64,000 bases of DNA, taken from positions 3,965 through 67,964 of the IMG/VR virus record IMGVR_UViG_3300029374_000334; one strand, written 5' to 3'. The notes under the pieces are model-generated. The model saw only the letters and a program-made list of their open reading frames with translations, was not told the DNA's origin and did not search any database. The position numbers and the translations under genes were made by a program. This document shows, in pieces, positions 29,492 through 38,509 of the stretch. Source of the stretch: a virus. Numbering within the stretch: the first letter of the stretch is position 1; each line of letters begins with the position of its first letter.

Positions 29492-30667
29492 ATGAAGAAC
29501 GTAAAGATTTTTGCCCAAACCATTGAAGCAGAGGCAAAGAAACAAATTGAAAAGATGGCAGCGAGCGAGGCGTATCGTGACTGCCAAATTCGCATCATGC
29601 CCGACTGTCATGCAGGCAAGGGTTGCACCATAGGCACGGTAATACAGACTGCTGGCAGGGTTGTACCCAATACCGTAGGTGTGGATATAGGTTGCGGAAT
29701 GTTGGTGTTCAAACTCAATAAGAAGGATATAAACCTATCGCTTCTCGACCGCATCATCAATGACAACATTCCGAGCGGGTTCAGTGTTCACGACAATCCC
29801 ATACCCGAAGCCGCAGGTAGAAAAATACATCGCATTTTGCGTGACTTGGATCGGATAACAGGGGGCTGTTTCGACCGTAGCTATATGGAACGCTCGCTTG
29901 GCACATTAGGTGGCGGCAATCACTTCATCGAACTCGACGAGGACGATGAAGGCTACAAATATCTGGTAGTGCATTCGGGCAGTCGCAATCTTGGCGTGAA
30001 GGTATGCCATTATTTTCAGAAGTTGGCACAGAAGAATGAGAATCGAAGTGGCGAGCGCAAACGCATTATAGAGGAATATAAGAGGTTGGGCATAGAGAGC
30101 GAGATAAACAACGCGCTGCGTCGCCTGGGTACCATACCTCCCGACCTTGCTTACCTCGAAGGCGAGAGTCTTTACAGCTATATCTTCGCCATGCAAGGCT
30201 GTCAAGAGTTTGCTTGTGCAAATAGATGGGAGATTGCCGCCACAATCCTCCGTGAGCTTCAAGTGTGGTTCCTGGATTCCTTTACAACGACGCACAACTA
30301 TCTTGACGTTGATACAGGTATCATCCGTAAGGGAGCTGTGTGTGCCGAAAAATACCAGCAGCTAATCATCCCCCTCAATATGCGTGACGGCTCGTTGATA
30401 TGTCGAGGTAAGGGCAACGAGGATTGGCTTTACTCTGCCCCACATGGTGCTGGTCGCCTTATGTCAAGAGCCAAGGCAAAGGAAACGCTCAGTATGGACG
30501 AATACAGCAAGGAGATGCAGGGCATATACTCTACATCCGTCTGTGAGTCTACAATCGACGAGTCGCCAATGGCGTACAAGTCTGCCGAAGAGATAGAATC
30601 GCTTATAGGCGACACGGTAGAGATAGTGAAGAGAATTAAGCCGATATATAACTTCAAGGCAAAATAA
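29492..30667 (+). CDS. rtcB: RtcB-family RNA 3'-phosphate ligase
   Basis: RtcB signatures: MPDCHAGKGCTIG (Cys/His metal site), GGGNHFIEL, HSGSRNLG, SAPHGAGR (NHGAGR-type active-site His). Confidence 0.75.
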   Translation: MKNVKIFAQTIEAEAKKQIEKMAASEAYRDCQIRIMPDCHAGKGCTIGTVIQTAGRVVPNTVGVDIGCGMLVFKLNKKDINLSLLDRIINDNIPSGFSVHDNPIPEAAGRKIHRILRDLDRITGGCFDRSYMERSLGTLGGGNHFIELDEDDEGYKYLVVHSGSRNLGVKVCHYFQKLAQKNENRSGERKRIIEEYKRLGIESEINNALRRLGTIPPDLAYLEGESLYSYIFAMQGCQEFACANRWEIAATILRELQVWFLDSFTTTHNYLDVDTGIIRKGAVCAEKYQQLIIPLNMRDGSLICRGKGNEDWLYSAPHGAGRLMSRAKAKETLSMDEYSKEMQGIYSTSVCESTIDESPMAYKSAEEIESLIGDTVEIVKRIKPIYNFKAK

Positions 30668-30711
30668 CATAAATGCGTAGAGTATAACAAAAAGTAGAGT
30701 ATAACAAAAAT

Positions 30712-31419
30712 ATGAAACAGTACACTGGTACAAAGACAGTGAAGGCTATGCCTATGACAATGGGCGAAGCCTACGAGCGCAAGCTCTTGAAAGAGGGTGT
30801 AAGACCCTCTGAGTGTGAAACGGATAAGGCAGGCTATCTCGTAGAGTACGAGGACGGCTATCAGTCGTGGTCGCCAGCAGATGTATTCGAGAAGGCTTAC
30901 AAGCCGTCTGAAACGTTTGTCAACAGAATGCTTCTTGAACTCGAAGACCTTGAAAAACGCATGAATAAATGCGATAACTTTCTTTCTTCGGATGAGTTCA
31001 GTGCTTTAGACGCACTTTCTCGTGCTTTGTTGACTGTGCAAAGAGGGGTGATGGGGCAATATTACTTTGTCTTGGCAGACAGATTTATAAAGGCAAATAA
31101 GATGAAAGCTAAGCTGTCCAATTTTACATTCGGCACGGCAGTACTTTATCTTAAAGCAGGCATGGCTGTCCGCAGAGCTGGTTGGAATGGCAAAGGTTTA
31201 TTTGTTGTCAAGCAAGTACCTGCTCGTATTTCAGCCGACATTATCCCTAACATGCAGTCACTTCCTCAGTCTGCCAAAGACATCATTATGGCACGTGCTG
31301 AACCACACATTGCTTACACTAATCAGATGCTCATAATTCACCCAGACGGACGTGCCGACTCTTGGGTTCCGTCTTCGAGTGATGTATTTGCAGAGGACTG
31401 GGAGTTGGTAACTGAGTAG
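30712..31419 (+). CDS. hypothetical protein
   Basis: 235-aa ORF. Confidence 0.5.
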   Translation: MKQYTGTKTVKAMPMTMGEAYERKLLKEGVRPSECETDKAGYLVEYEDGYQSWSPADVFEKAYKPSETFVNRMLLELEDLEKRMNKCDNFLSSDEFSALDALSRALLTVQRGVMGQYYFVLADRFIKANKMKAKLSNFTFGTAVLYLKAGMAVRRAGWNGKGLFVVKQVPARISADIIPNMQSLPQSAKDIIMARAEPHIAYTNQMLIIHPDGRADSWVPSSSDVFAEDWELVTE

Positions 31420-31441
31420 GTGACACTATAAATAAACGAAA

Positions 31442-31648
31442 ATGAAGACATATAAATGGAAAATCGCCGCTTTTGTGGTGTGGGTTGTTATAACGCTCAT
31501 TGTTGTCAGCGTTGCGCTGAGAGGCGTAAGCAAGGCAGATACAGCAACAAATCTGATTAGCGTAGCAATCCTTTTATTTTGGACGCTTTTGTCCTTTGCA
31601 ACGAATTGTTTCACTTTTAAAAATAATAAAAATAATGAGAAAAATTAA
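31442..31648 (+). CDS. small two-transmembrane membrane protein (NfeD-like partner of SPFH?)
   Basis: Two hydrophobic helices; overlaps the SPFH gene start. Confidence 0.4.
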   Translation: MKTYKWKIAAFVVWVVITLIVVSVALRGVSKADTATNLISVAILLFWTLLSFATNCFTFKNNKNNEKN

Positions 31649-32438
31649 ATTAATGTGTATGTTTATGCTGCCTATGACAGCATTGTGCTTAACCTCTTGT
31701 AGCGAGCGTATCGACGCTGGTTCTGAAGGCATTCTCGTCAACCTTTACGGTTCAGACAAGGGCGTTGATGACGTAAGTCTCGTTACCGGTCGTGTGTGGT
31801 ACAACCCCTTCACCGAAGAGGTCTATGAGTACCCGACATTCGTACAGACAATCGACTATCCTGCTTTTACCATCAACGCCAAGGATGGTTCTGAGTTTAC
31901 CGTTGACCCTACGGTATCTCTCAAGATGGTTGACGGCAATGCACCGAAAGTGTTTAAGAAGTACCGCAAGGAACTGAACGACATCATCAATGGTACATTA
32001 TTCAACTACGTCAAAGATGCGTTCCGTATTCAGCTCAACAAGTACACTACCGATCAGATTGTCAGCAACCGTGATATGGTAGAGCGTGCTATTGAATCAC
32101 AGCTTAGTAAGGCACTTGCCAAAGAACACTTTCAGCTTGAACAGCTTACGTCTGGTCTCAAATATCCAAACTCCATCGTTGAAGCCGTCAATCAGAAGAA
32201 CAAGGCTATTCAGGAGGCACAGCGAGCACTCAACGAAGTGGCTGTAAAGAAGGCAGAGGCAGAAAAGATGCTTGTACAGGCACGTGCCGAACGAGAGGCT
32301 AATGAACTTAAATCCGAAACACTTACTCCAGCTATTCTCAAAAAGATGTGGATTGAGAAGTGGGATGGATCTGTTCCAACGGTTGTTACAGGAGGAAATA
32401 CGTCAACATTTTTAGATTTAAGTAAAATTCAAAAATGA
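31635..32438 (+). CDS. SPFH/band-7 (prohibitin/stomatin-like) lipoprotein
   Basis: Lipoprotein signal with lipobox LTSC (MRKIKLMCMFMLPMTALCLTSC), SPFH-like core, C-terminal coiled coil (EAQRALNEVAVKKAEAEKMLVQARAEREANEL). Confidence 0.6.
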   Translation: MRKIKLMCMFMLPMTALCLTSCSERIDAGSEGILVNLYGSDKGVDDVSLVTGRVWYNPFTEEVYEYPTFVQTIDYPAFTINAKDGSEFTVDPTVSLKMVDGNAPKVFKKYRKELNDIINGTLFNYVKDAFRIQLNKYTTDQIVSNRDMVERAIESQLSKALAKEHFQLEQLTSGLKYPNSIVEAVNQKNKAIQEAQRALNEVAVKKAEAEKMLVQARAEREANELKSETLTPAILKKMWIEKWDGSVPTVVTGGNTSTFLDLSKIQK

Positions 32439-32442
32439 CACA

Positions 32443-32946
32443 ATGAAAAATAGAGTAGTTGAAATAAATGACAATGTAGCGGCTATAGAAATTCGATATA
32501 AGAATACCACACTATTATGTTACATTAATAAAACTGATTTATCTAAGGTTGCTTCCATAAAAGGCACTTGGCATATTAACAGGCATAAAAGTGGTCATAT
32601 TGATGGTGTAAAAACTAAAATCCAAATTGATAAAGTTAGAAAACAAATATGGTTGCATAACTTTATATTTAACAAATTGGATCCTAACAATGTTATCGAC
32701 CATATTGATCACAATACTTTAAATAATGTCAGAATAAATCTTAGAGAAGTTAGTAGAGAACAAAATGCTCAAAATATTTCTACTACTCTAAAAAGTTCAA
32801 CGACATATAGAAACGTTACCATGGAAGGAGAGAAGTATAGAGTAAGAATTGGAAGACATTCTTTTGGAAGGTACAATACCTTAGAAGAAGCCATTGATGT
32901 GGCAAAAAAGGAAAGAAAAAATATATTTCCTTTGTCTTCTGAATAA
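32443..32946 (+). CDS. HNH homing endonuclease with AP2-like DNA-binding domain
   Basis: HNH core HIDHNTLNNVRINLREVSREQNAQN; C-terminal YRNVT...YRVRIGRHSFGRYNTLEEAIDV AP2-like domain. Confidence 0.6.
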   Translation: MKNRVVEINDNVAAIEIRYKNTTLLCYINKTDLSKVASIKGTWHINRHKSGHIDGVKTKIQIDKVRKQIWLHNFIFNKLDPNNVIDHIDHNTLNNVRINLREVSREQNAQNISTTLKSSTTYRNVTMEGEKYRVRIGRHSFGRYNTLEEAIDVAKKERKNIFPLSSE

Positions 32947-33565
32947 AACGGCAGAATTGCTTTATAATTCCCGTTTATGGAAACGTGCCGCAGATTATGA
33001 TGACCAAGTAATTAACAAGTCCTCTCCCCAGTGACAGTGGGGAGAGAAGTTAGTAATCATAAGACAATGAATAAAGAAAAAGCTATCGAGAAAATACAAT
33101 ATGCTGTAATGCGAGTAGCTTCTGTATATGCATGTTCTGCTATCTTTGATGAAAAGACAAAGGTAATAAAAGGCAGACAGAAAGAACTTGAAAAAGCGAT
33201 TGTCAATTTGCATGATGCACTTAAAGAGTTGGAGGGTTAATATGACAAAATTTAAAGTTATTAGATATTGGGACACGTATCCCGATGGAGTTGTTGCAAT
33301 TTGTAATACAGAGGAAGAGGCAGAGAAGATGTGTAATAAATATCGTAGAAGCCGCAAACCTATGTACGACTATTTAGTCCGAAAGGAGGGTGAATAATGA
33401 CCAGAGAAGAGTTGATAAATAATTATGGAGATGAAATATGCGAGTTATGCTGCCGAGAGTATTTTATCAACAGAGCATATCCAGAGACGCTCTGTGAAGG
33501 TCGTTATTGCGAGGATGCAGAAGATACTTTCGCAGATGAACATAATATAGAACTGGAGAATTAAT

Positions 33566-34153
33566 ATGACAGAAGAAGAAAATTGGAAAGACATTCTTGG
33601 ATATGAAGGATTCTATCAAGTAAGCAATCTTGGTAGAGTTCGTTCTGTCGGTAGAATTGTAAAGGGTGTCTTTGGTTCTATACAACATAAGAAAAGCGTA
33701 ATATTAGCACCTGCAATGAATACTGCCGGATATTATTTTGTTGTTTTAACAAAAAACGCAAAGGGTAAGGCTTTCAGAGTTCACCGCTTAGTTGCAGAAG
33801 CATTTATTCCAAATCCGTGTAATTATCCTATAATCAACCATAAAGATGAGAATAAATTAAACAATAATGTCAACAATTTAGAATGGTGTACCTATTCTTA
33901 TAATGCGGCATACAATAATTCTATGGCGAGAAGACAAAATACAAAGAACAAAAATCGCTCTTATGGATGCGAGAAGAAAGTTTATCAATATAGCATTGAT
34001 GGGCATCTTATAAAAATATGGAAGTCTTTAATGGAAGCTTCAAGAGAATTGCATGTTCCATGGGGTAATATCGCTAATTGTTGTATAGGTACAAAATATA
34101 GGCATACTGCCTATGGATATAAATGGAGTTATAAACCAATTAACACATTATAA
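33566..34153 (+). CDS. NUMOD4/HNH_3 homing endonuclease
   Basis: NUMOD4 motif WKDILGYEGFYQVSNLGRVRS; HNH core INHKDENKLNNNVNNLEW. Confidence 0.7.
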   Translation: MTEEENWKDILGYEGFYQVSNLGRVRSVGRIVKGVFGSIQHKKSVILAPAMNTAGYYFVVLTKNAKGKAFRVHRLVAEAFIPNPCNYPIINHKDENKLNNNVNNLEWCTYSYNAAYNNSMARRQNTKNKNRSYGCEKKVYQYSIDGHLIKIWKSLMEASRELHVPWGNIANCCIGTKYRHTAYGYKWSYKPINTL

Positions 34154-34154
34154 A

Positions 34155-34547
34155 ATGAATCGTAGTGAAGCAAAAGAATTACTGCCTATAATACAGGCAT
34201 TTGCTGAAGGGAGAACAATACAACTATTTGGAAGAGACGGTTGGACGGACTTATACAAAGATTTCATATTTGACATAAGTTATCGCTACCGCATCAAACC
34301 CGAACCCAAGTACCGCCCGTTTAAGGATGCAGACGAGTGCTGGCAGGAGATGTTGAAACATGAGCCGTTCGGGTGGGTAAGAAATAAGTTTAATCATAAT
34401 GGTGTTATAGCGACAATCATTTGTTTAGATAGCAGAAAAGAATTTAGAATACACACAAACTTTAATCATGGAAATACTTCTGAAGATATGATAAATTCTT
34501 TTATTTTTGCCGACGGTGCACCGTTCGGAGTAAAGGAGGAAGTATAG
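34155..34547 (+). CDS. hypothetical protein
   Basis: Internal ATG at 34155 chosen, directly after the upstream stop. Confidence 0.4.
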   Translation: MNRSEAKELLPIIQAFAEGRTIQLFGRDGWTDLYKDFIFDISYRYRIKPEPKYRPFKDADECWQEMLKHEPFGWVRNKFNHNGVIATIICLDSRKEFRIHTNFNHGNTSEDMINSFIFADGAPFGVKEEV

Positions 34548-34721
34548 GAAAATTAGACGGTATTATATTACTTGTGTTTGGGTGCATCATAGCATTTCTC
34601 ACAATAGATTTTATCATTGGTGCTCATTTTGGCATACAATATGGCTTTTTGTCAATGGCAGCAGAACTTATAATCTGCGGACTATTGCTAATCAAATTCA
34701 GAGATAAATAGAAAATAAATT

Positions 34722-35312
34722 ATGAGTAAAACAATTCAGATAAAAGTGCCTGCTGGCAAGAAAGCAGAATGGCAGAAAATAGATGGTAAGACCGTTCTTG
34801 TAATGGTTGACGAGAAAGACAACCGTCCTGTGACAGAACGCATAAAGACTTTCGAGGATGCCTGTAATGAACTGGGTGAAAATCATCCTATGGTGTCTGC
34901 CTACAATTCTTTGGTCACCAGAGCTAACGGTGAACAGTCACTTGCAGAATGGATGGGCAAGGATGTTGTAGCTTTCCTAAAGCTGCGTATCATTACTGAA
35001 GCTCTCAATGAAGGCTGGCACCCGAAGTTCACTGAAGACGAATATCGCTACTTTCCCTGGTTCTACATCTACACTAAGGAAGAGTACGACAACTTCTCTG
35101 AGGAGGAAAAGCGTCGCTGTGTCTGTCGTGCGAGCTTCTATGCGGCTGCGTATGGCGGTCTCGTCTACTCGTATGCTTCGTCGAATTCGAATACGGTTGG
35201 CGGTGTGCGTCTTGCCTTCTCAAACAGAGACTTGGCAGAGTATGCAGGTATGCAGTTCATTGACATTTGGGCTGATTTTGTCTTTAAATCTAACGATAAT
35301 AACAAACAATAA
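34722..35312 (+). CDS. hypothetical protein
   Basis: 196-aa ORF. Confidence 0.5.
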   Translation: MSKTIQIKVPAGKKAEWQKIDGKTVLVMVDEKDNRPVTERIKTFEDACNELGENHPMVSAYNSLVTRANGEQSLAEWMGKDVVAFLKLRIITEALNEGWHPKFTEDEYRYFPWFYIYTKEEYDNFSEEEKRRCVCRASFYAAAYGGLVYSYASSNSNTVGGVRLAFSNRDLAEYAGMQFIDIWADFVFKSNDNNKQ

Positions 35313-35322
35313 TTCAACAGCA

Positions 35323-35712
35323 ATGAACAGGGTGATTAAATTCAAAGGCAAGAGTGTTGATAGCAGTGAGTGGATTAAAGGCTATTACTATAAGGAGTGT
35401 GATAATACCTACATCATTGAGGACAGACAGAAAGTTTCTATGCTTAATCGTAATGAAGCAGTATTGATTGACCCCGATACCGTCTGCCAGTTCACCGGCT
35501 TTCTCGACAAGAACGGCAAGGAGATATATGAGGGTGATGTTATCCATATCGGACCAGATTATTATGTTGTGATATGGGTGGAAGATTTAGGAGGCTTCTA
35601 CCTGAAAGTGGATTATGCAAAATTACCTTGTACCAGTCCTTTAGGTGCAATGTTGTGCCGTTTCGACTTTGAGGTTATCGGCAATATTAACGACGACCAG
35701 AAAGGAGGCTGA
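35323..35712 (+). CDS. YopX-like phage protein
   Basis: GYYY...DTVCQFTGFLDKNGKEIYEGDVI matches the YopX family pattern; the listed ORF 35008..35712 is an upstream extension overlapping the previous gene. Confidence 0.5.
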   Translation: MNRVIKFKGKSVDSSEWIKGYYYKECDNTYIIEDRQKVSMLNRNEAVLIDPDTVCQFTGFLDKNGKEIYEGDVIHIGPDYYVVIWVEDLGGFYLKVDYAKLPCTSPLGAMLCRFDFEVIGNINDDQKGG

Positions 35713-35713
35713 T

Positions 35714-35911
35714 ATGCAGGAAACAAAGATAACATTTACGGTTCGGGTGTCTGACGATGAAAGTCGCGTCATAATTGCAAACCCGACAACGACAGACCCT
35801 ATAAGTTTTAGCGTTTTCACAGGTATCATCACAAGCCTTGTAGATTTCGTAAACGAATGGAATAAGGAACATAAACAAAAAGGAATATGCCAAAATACAA
35901 ATGGATGGTAG
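35714..35911 (+). CDS. hypothetical protein
   Basis: Internal ATG at 35714 directly after the upstream stop. Confidence 0.4.
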   Translation: MQETKITFTVRVSDDESRVIIANPTTTDPISFSVFTGIITSLVDFVNEWNKEHKQKGICQNTNGW

Positions 35912-36171
35912 TAGCTTTACTTTTGGTTGTGCTTACTATAATAGTATTTTTTTTAAACACCATTTATGGTGTTATATTAGCTTTAAACGAATTAATAGCG
36001 TTTGGATTATTATATAAAACTGATACAACAATGAAACAGGCAGATTATATCAGGCTAACGGCACATATTGCTGTGCTGAAAGAAATTGCCGTTGATTACA
36101 GCGGCAAGACGATAGACAACATCATACAGCAGCTCGAAGCAATTAAGAAGGAGGTGGAGCATGAAGATTAG
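35887..36171 (+). CDS. small membrane protein
   Basis: N-terminal transmembrane helices. Confidence 0.4.
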   Translation: MPKYKWMVVALLLVVLTIIVFFLNTIYGVILALNELIAFGLLYKTDTTMKQADYIRLTAHIAVLKEIAVDYSGKTIDNIIQQLEAIKKEVEHED

Positions 36172-36394
36172 AAAAATAAAGAAGAAGTTTAAAATGGTGC
36201 TCCGCCCTATACGAAAAAACAGGAGCTACAAGGTGGCGAAAAGACTGCGCAAATTGCATGGTACTTGCTCTTCATATATGATTGACTACGTGCAAGATAT
36301 TTGGCAGGGAAAACGTTTTCTACCCTTGCTTCTAACGATAAGTATCGGCAAAAAGCAAGGCGTTGTTTCTACATCTTTAATTAGAAACATTTAA
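36161..36394 (+). CDS. small basic protein
   Basis: 77-aa K/R-rich ORF. Confidence 0.35.
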   Translation: MKIRKIKKKFKMVLRPIRKNRSYKVAKRLRKLHGTCSSYMIDYVQDIWQGKRFLPLLLTISIGKKQGVVSTSLIRNI

Positions 36395-36450
36395 CAATAA
36401 TCAAATAACAAGGCAGATACTCAAAGGCAACATTTTAATCTGACAAAAAA

Positions 36451-36786
36451 ATGAGCAAAAAGAAAATTTACATATCATCACCAATTACAGGCTACGACCT
36501 CAACGAGCGACACAAGTTCTTCGCTCAGATTGAGAAAGAACTGACAATTCTCGGCTACAAGGCAGTCAACCCTATGGCTAAACCTATACCCGATTCTGCG
36601 CCGTATACGGAGCACATGAAAGAGGACTTACGCCTGCTCCTCGGCTGCGACGGCATTGTTGTACCGAACCGATGGCGTTGCTCAAAAGGCTGTGAAACGG
36701 AACGTCGCGTGGCGGACGCTTGCGGAATACCAGTCGTCGGCGTGATAGGTGAGATGCACGATTTACAAATCACTAACGCAATATAA
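36451..36786 (+). CDS. nucleoside 2-deoxyribosyltransferase-like / DUF4406-like protein
   Basis: N-terminal KIYISSPITGYDL pattern typical of this fold. Confidence 0.35.
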   Translation: MSKKKIYISSPITGYDLNERHKFFAQIEKELTILGYKAVNPMAKPIPDSAPYTEHMKEDLRLLLGCDGIVVPNRWRCSKGCETERRVADACGIPVVGVIGEMHDLQITNAI

Positions 36787-36788
36787 CC

Positions 36789-37544
36789 ATGAGCGCAAGC
36801 CAGTTAATCAGCCATACCCCGAGAAGACCGTATGTTATCGCACCAAGCGTAGAACAGAAGGAGAAATTGCTAATGAGTATTGACCGCTATTGTTCGCTGT
36901 ATTACATTACAATGGGGTCGGCATATAATATTGCCCAAACAGCGATGATAGACGCTTACAATGCTATTAAAGAGGACAAGAAGCTGTACCGTCAAAAGAC
37001 AAAGCAAAGCATCAACAAGGCTCTTGCCGCATACAACACATGGGATGCAAAGATGCGCTTCATCCTCGCCGACCGCTATCAGCTTTGGCTTGACCTATCC
37101 GATGCGTCGGAAGCGGAACTGAAACCGCTCGTTACGACGCTCTATTACTGCATCGACAACTACTTCTTGAAGAACAAGGTGCCGAAAAGTAAGATAGTCG
37201 CTCGCATGGAGGCAGCAATGGTGCTGATAGATGTTGCGGTAAACCTGTTCAAGAATCTGTTTGACAACATTCAGAAGAAGATAGGGATGGACTTACGCCC
37301 GGCGTTCAACGAAGGCAATGCACTGGAGCTACAATGCAACTGGAATAACGCCATGCAGTCCGTCATAAGCTCGATACCAGGTATGCCGGATATTGACATC
37401 AACGATGATGCAGACAGCGTTCAGGCGGCGAAGAATATCGTGACAAAACTCTCGAACAAGGGTATTTACGACCGCGCAGGAGAGTATGCGTTGCAGGTGA
37501 ACCCCGAATACAAACCAGAAGATTACGGAGAATATCAATATTAA
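36789..37544 (+). CDS. hypothetical protein
   Basis: 251-aa ORF. Confidence 0.5.
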   Translation: MSASQLISHTPRRPYVIAPSVEQKEKLLMSIDRYCSLYYITMGSAYNIAQTAMIDAYNAIKEDKKLYRQKTKQSINKALAAYNTWDAKMRFILADRYQLWLDLSDASEAELKPLVTTLYYCIDNYFLKNKVPKSKIVARMEAAMVLIDVAVNLFKNLFDNIQKKIGMDLRPAFNEGNALELQCNWNNAMQSVISSIPGMPDIDINDDADSVQAAKNIVTKLSNKGIYDRAGEYALQVNPEYKPEDYGEYQY

Positions 37545-37596
37545 CCGCGCACGGGCTAAAATAAAGCCGGCGCAAAAATAAGTATAAAGATAGAAA

Positions 37597-37887
37597 ATGA
37601 GTAGAGGAAAACATTTTTCACAGGAAGAGATAGAATTCCTAAAGGTCAATGCTCTTGTAATGACGACAAAGGAGCTTGCCGACAAACTCGGAAGAAATTA
37701 TTGGGCAGTACATAGGAAACTGCAAGCAATGGGAGTAATAAAAAATCATGTATTTACTGCAGACGAGGACTTTATCATAAAAAGAATGTATGGTAAATAC
37801 ACTGCAAAGGTAATAGCAACCAAAATAGGAGTTGACGAGAATGCGATATACAATCGCTGTAAAAAACTAAAGTTAAGCCAGAAATGA
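37597..37887 (+). CDS. small protein with two tandem helix-turn-helix-like repeats
   Basis: Internal duplication TTKELADKLGRNYWAVHRKLQAMGV / TAKVIATKIGVDENAIYNRCKKLKL. Confidence 0.4.
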   Translation: MSRGKHFSQEEIEFLKVNALVMTTKELADKLGRNYWAVHRKLQAMGVIKNHVFTADEDFIIKRMYGKYTAKVIATKIGVDENAIYNRCKKLKLSQK

Positions 37888-38357
37888 TAAAGAGTTTTAC
37901 AATAGACCACACAAGGCTAAAACCTGGAATATATGTTTCAAGGGAGGATAGTGTAGGGAAAGAGCGAGCTACAACTTATGACTTGAGAGTATGTCTGCCG
38001 AATAAAGAGCAATTGACTCCAGAGATTGCGCATACGATTGAGCATCTTATGGCAGATTATTTACGCAACGAATGGGTATACAAACAAAAAGTCATTTATT
38101 TTGGGCCCATGGGATGTCTAACCGGTTTCTATCTAATTCTTAAAGGTAAACCGGACATTGTAAGGGTCGCTTGCGCACTAGTAGAAGCATTGAGATATTG
38201 CTCTAACAGTTCGTCTATACCAGGGGCTACAGAAAAGGAATGTGGAAACTACAAGTTGAATGACTTACCAGGCGCCATCGAAACTTTGAAGGGTTTTAAG
38301 GAAGATATAGAGAATAAAATCTCTGAAGCATCAAAGGTATTCTCATACCCACGTTAG
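37884..38357 (+). CDS. luxS: S-ribosylhomocysteine lyase LuxS (autoinducer-2 synthase)
   Basis: LuxS metal-site motifs HTIEHLMADYLRN (HxxEH) and GPMGCLTGFY (metal-binding Cys); 157 aa, the typical LuxS length. Confidence 0.75.
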   Translation: MIKSFTIDHTRLKPGIYVSREDSVGKERATTYDLRVCLPNKEQLTPEIAHTIEHLMADYLRNEWVYKQKVIYFGPMGCLTGFYLILKGKPDIVRVACALVEALRYCSNSSSIPGATEKECGNYKLNDLPGAIETLKGFKEDIENKISEASKVFSYPR

Positions 38358-38371
38358 ATTTATATGTAAGC

Positions 38372-38431
38372 ATAAAGATTTGACTATCAATAACTTATTT
38401 TAAAGATAAGCTTTGATAGTCAAATCTTTAT
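38372..38431. terminator. perfect 19-bp inverted repeat hairpin followed by a T-rich tract
   Basis: ATAAAGATTTGACTATCAA...TTGATAGTCAAATCTTTAT with a 22-nt loop, then ATTATTATATTT; immediately after luxS. Confidence 0.6.
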
Positions 38432-38509
38432 TATTATATTTGCACCATAATAACTGCTATGATACATTATACTGGGATATTTAATGATTAATCACTAAAT
38501 ATCAATAAA

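Noticed and set aside
35008-35322. N-terminal 105 aa of ORF 35008..35712
   Set aside because: It overlaps gene 34722..35312 in another frame with an Ser/Thr/Arg-rich junk-like translation. The YopX-like domain begins at ATG 35323.
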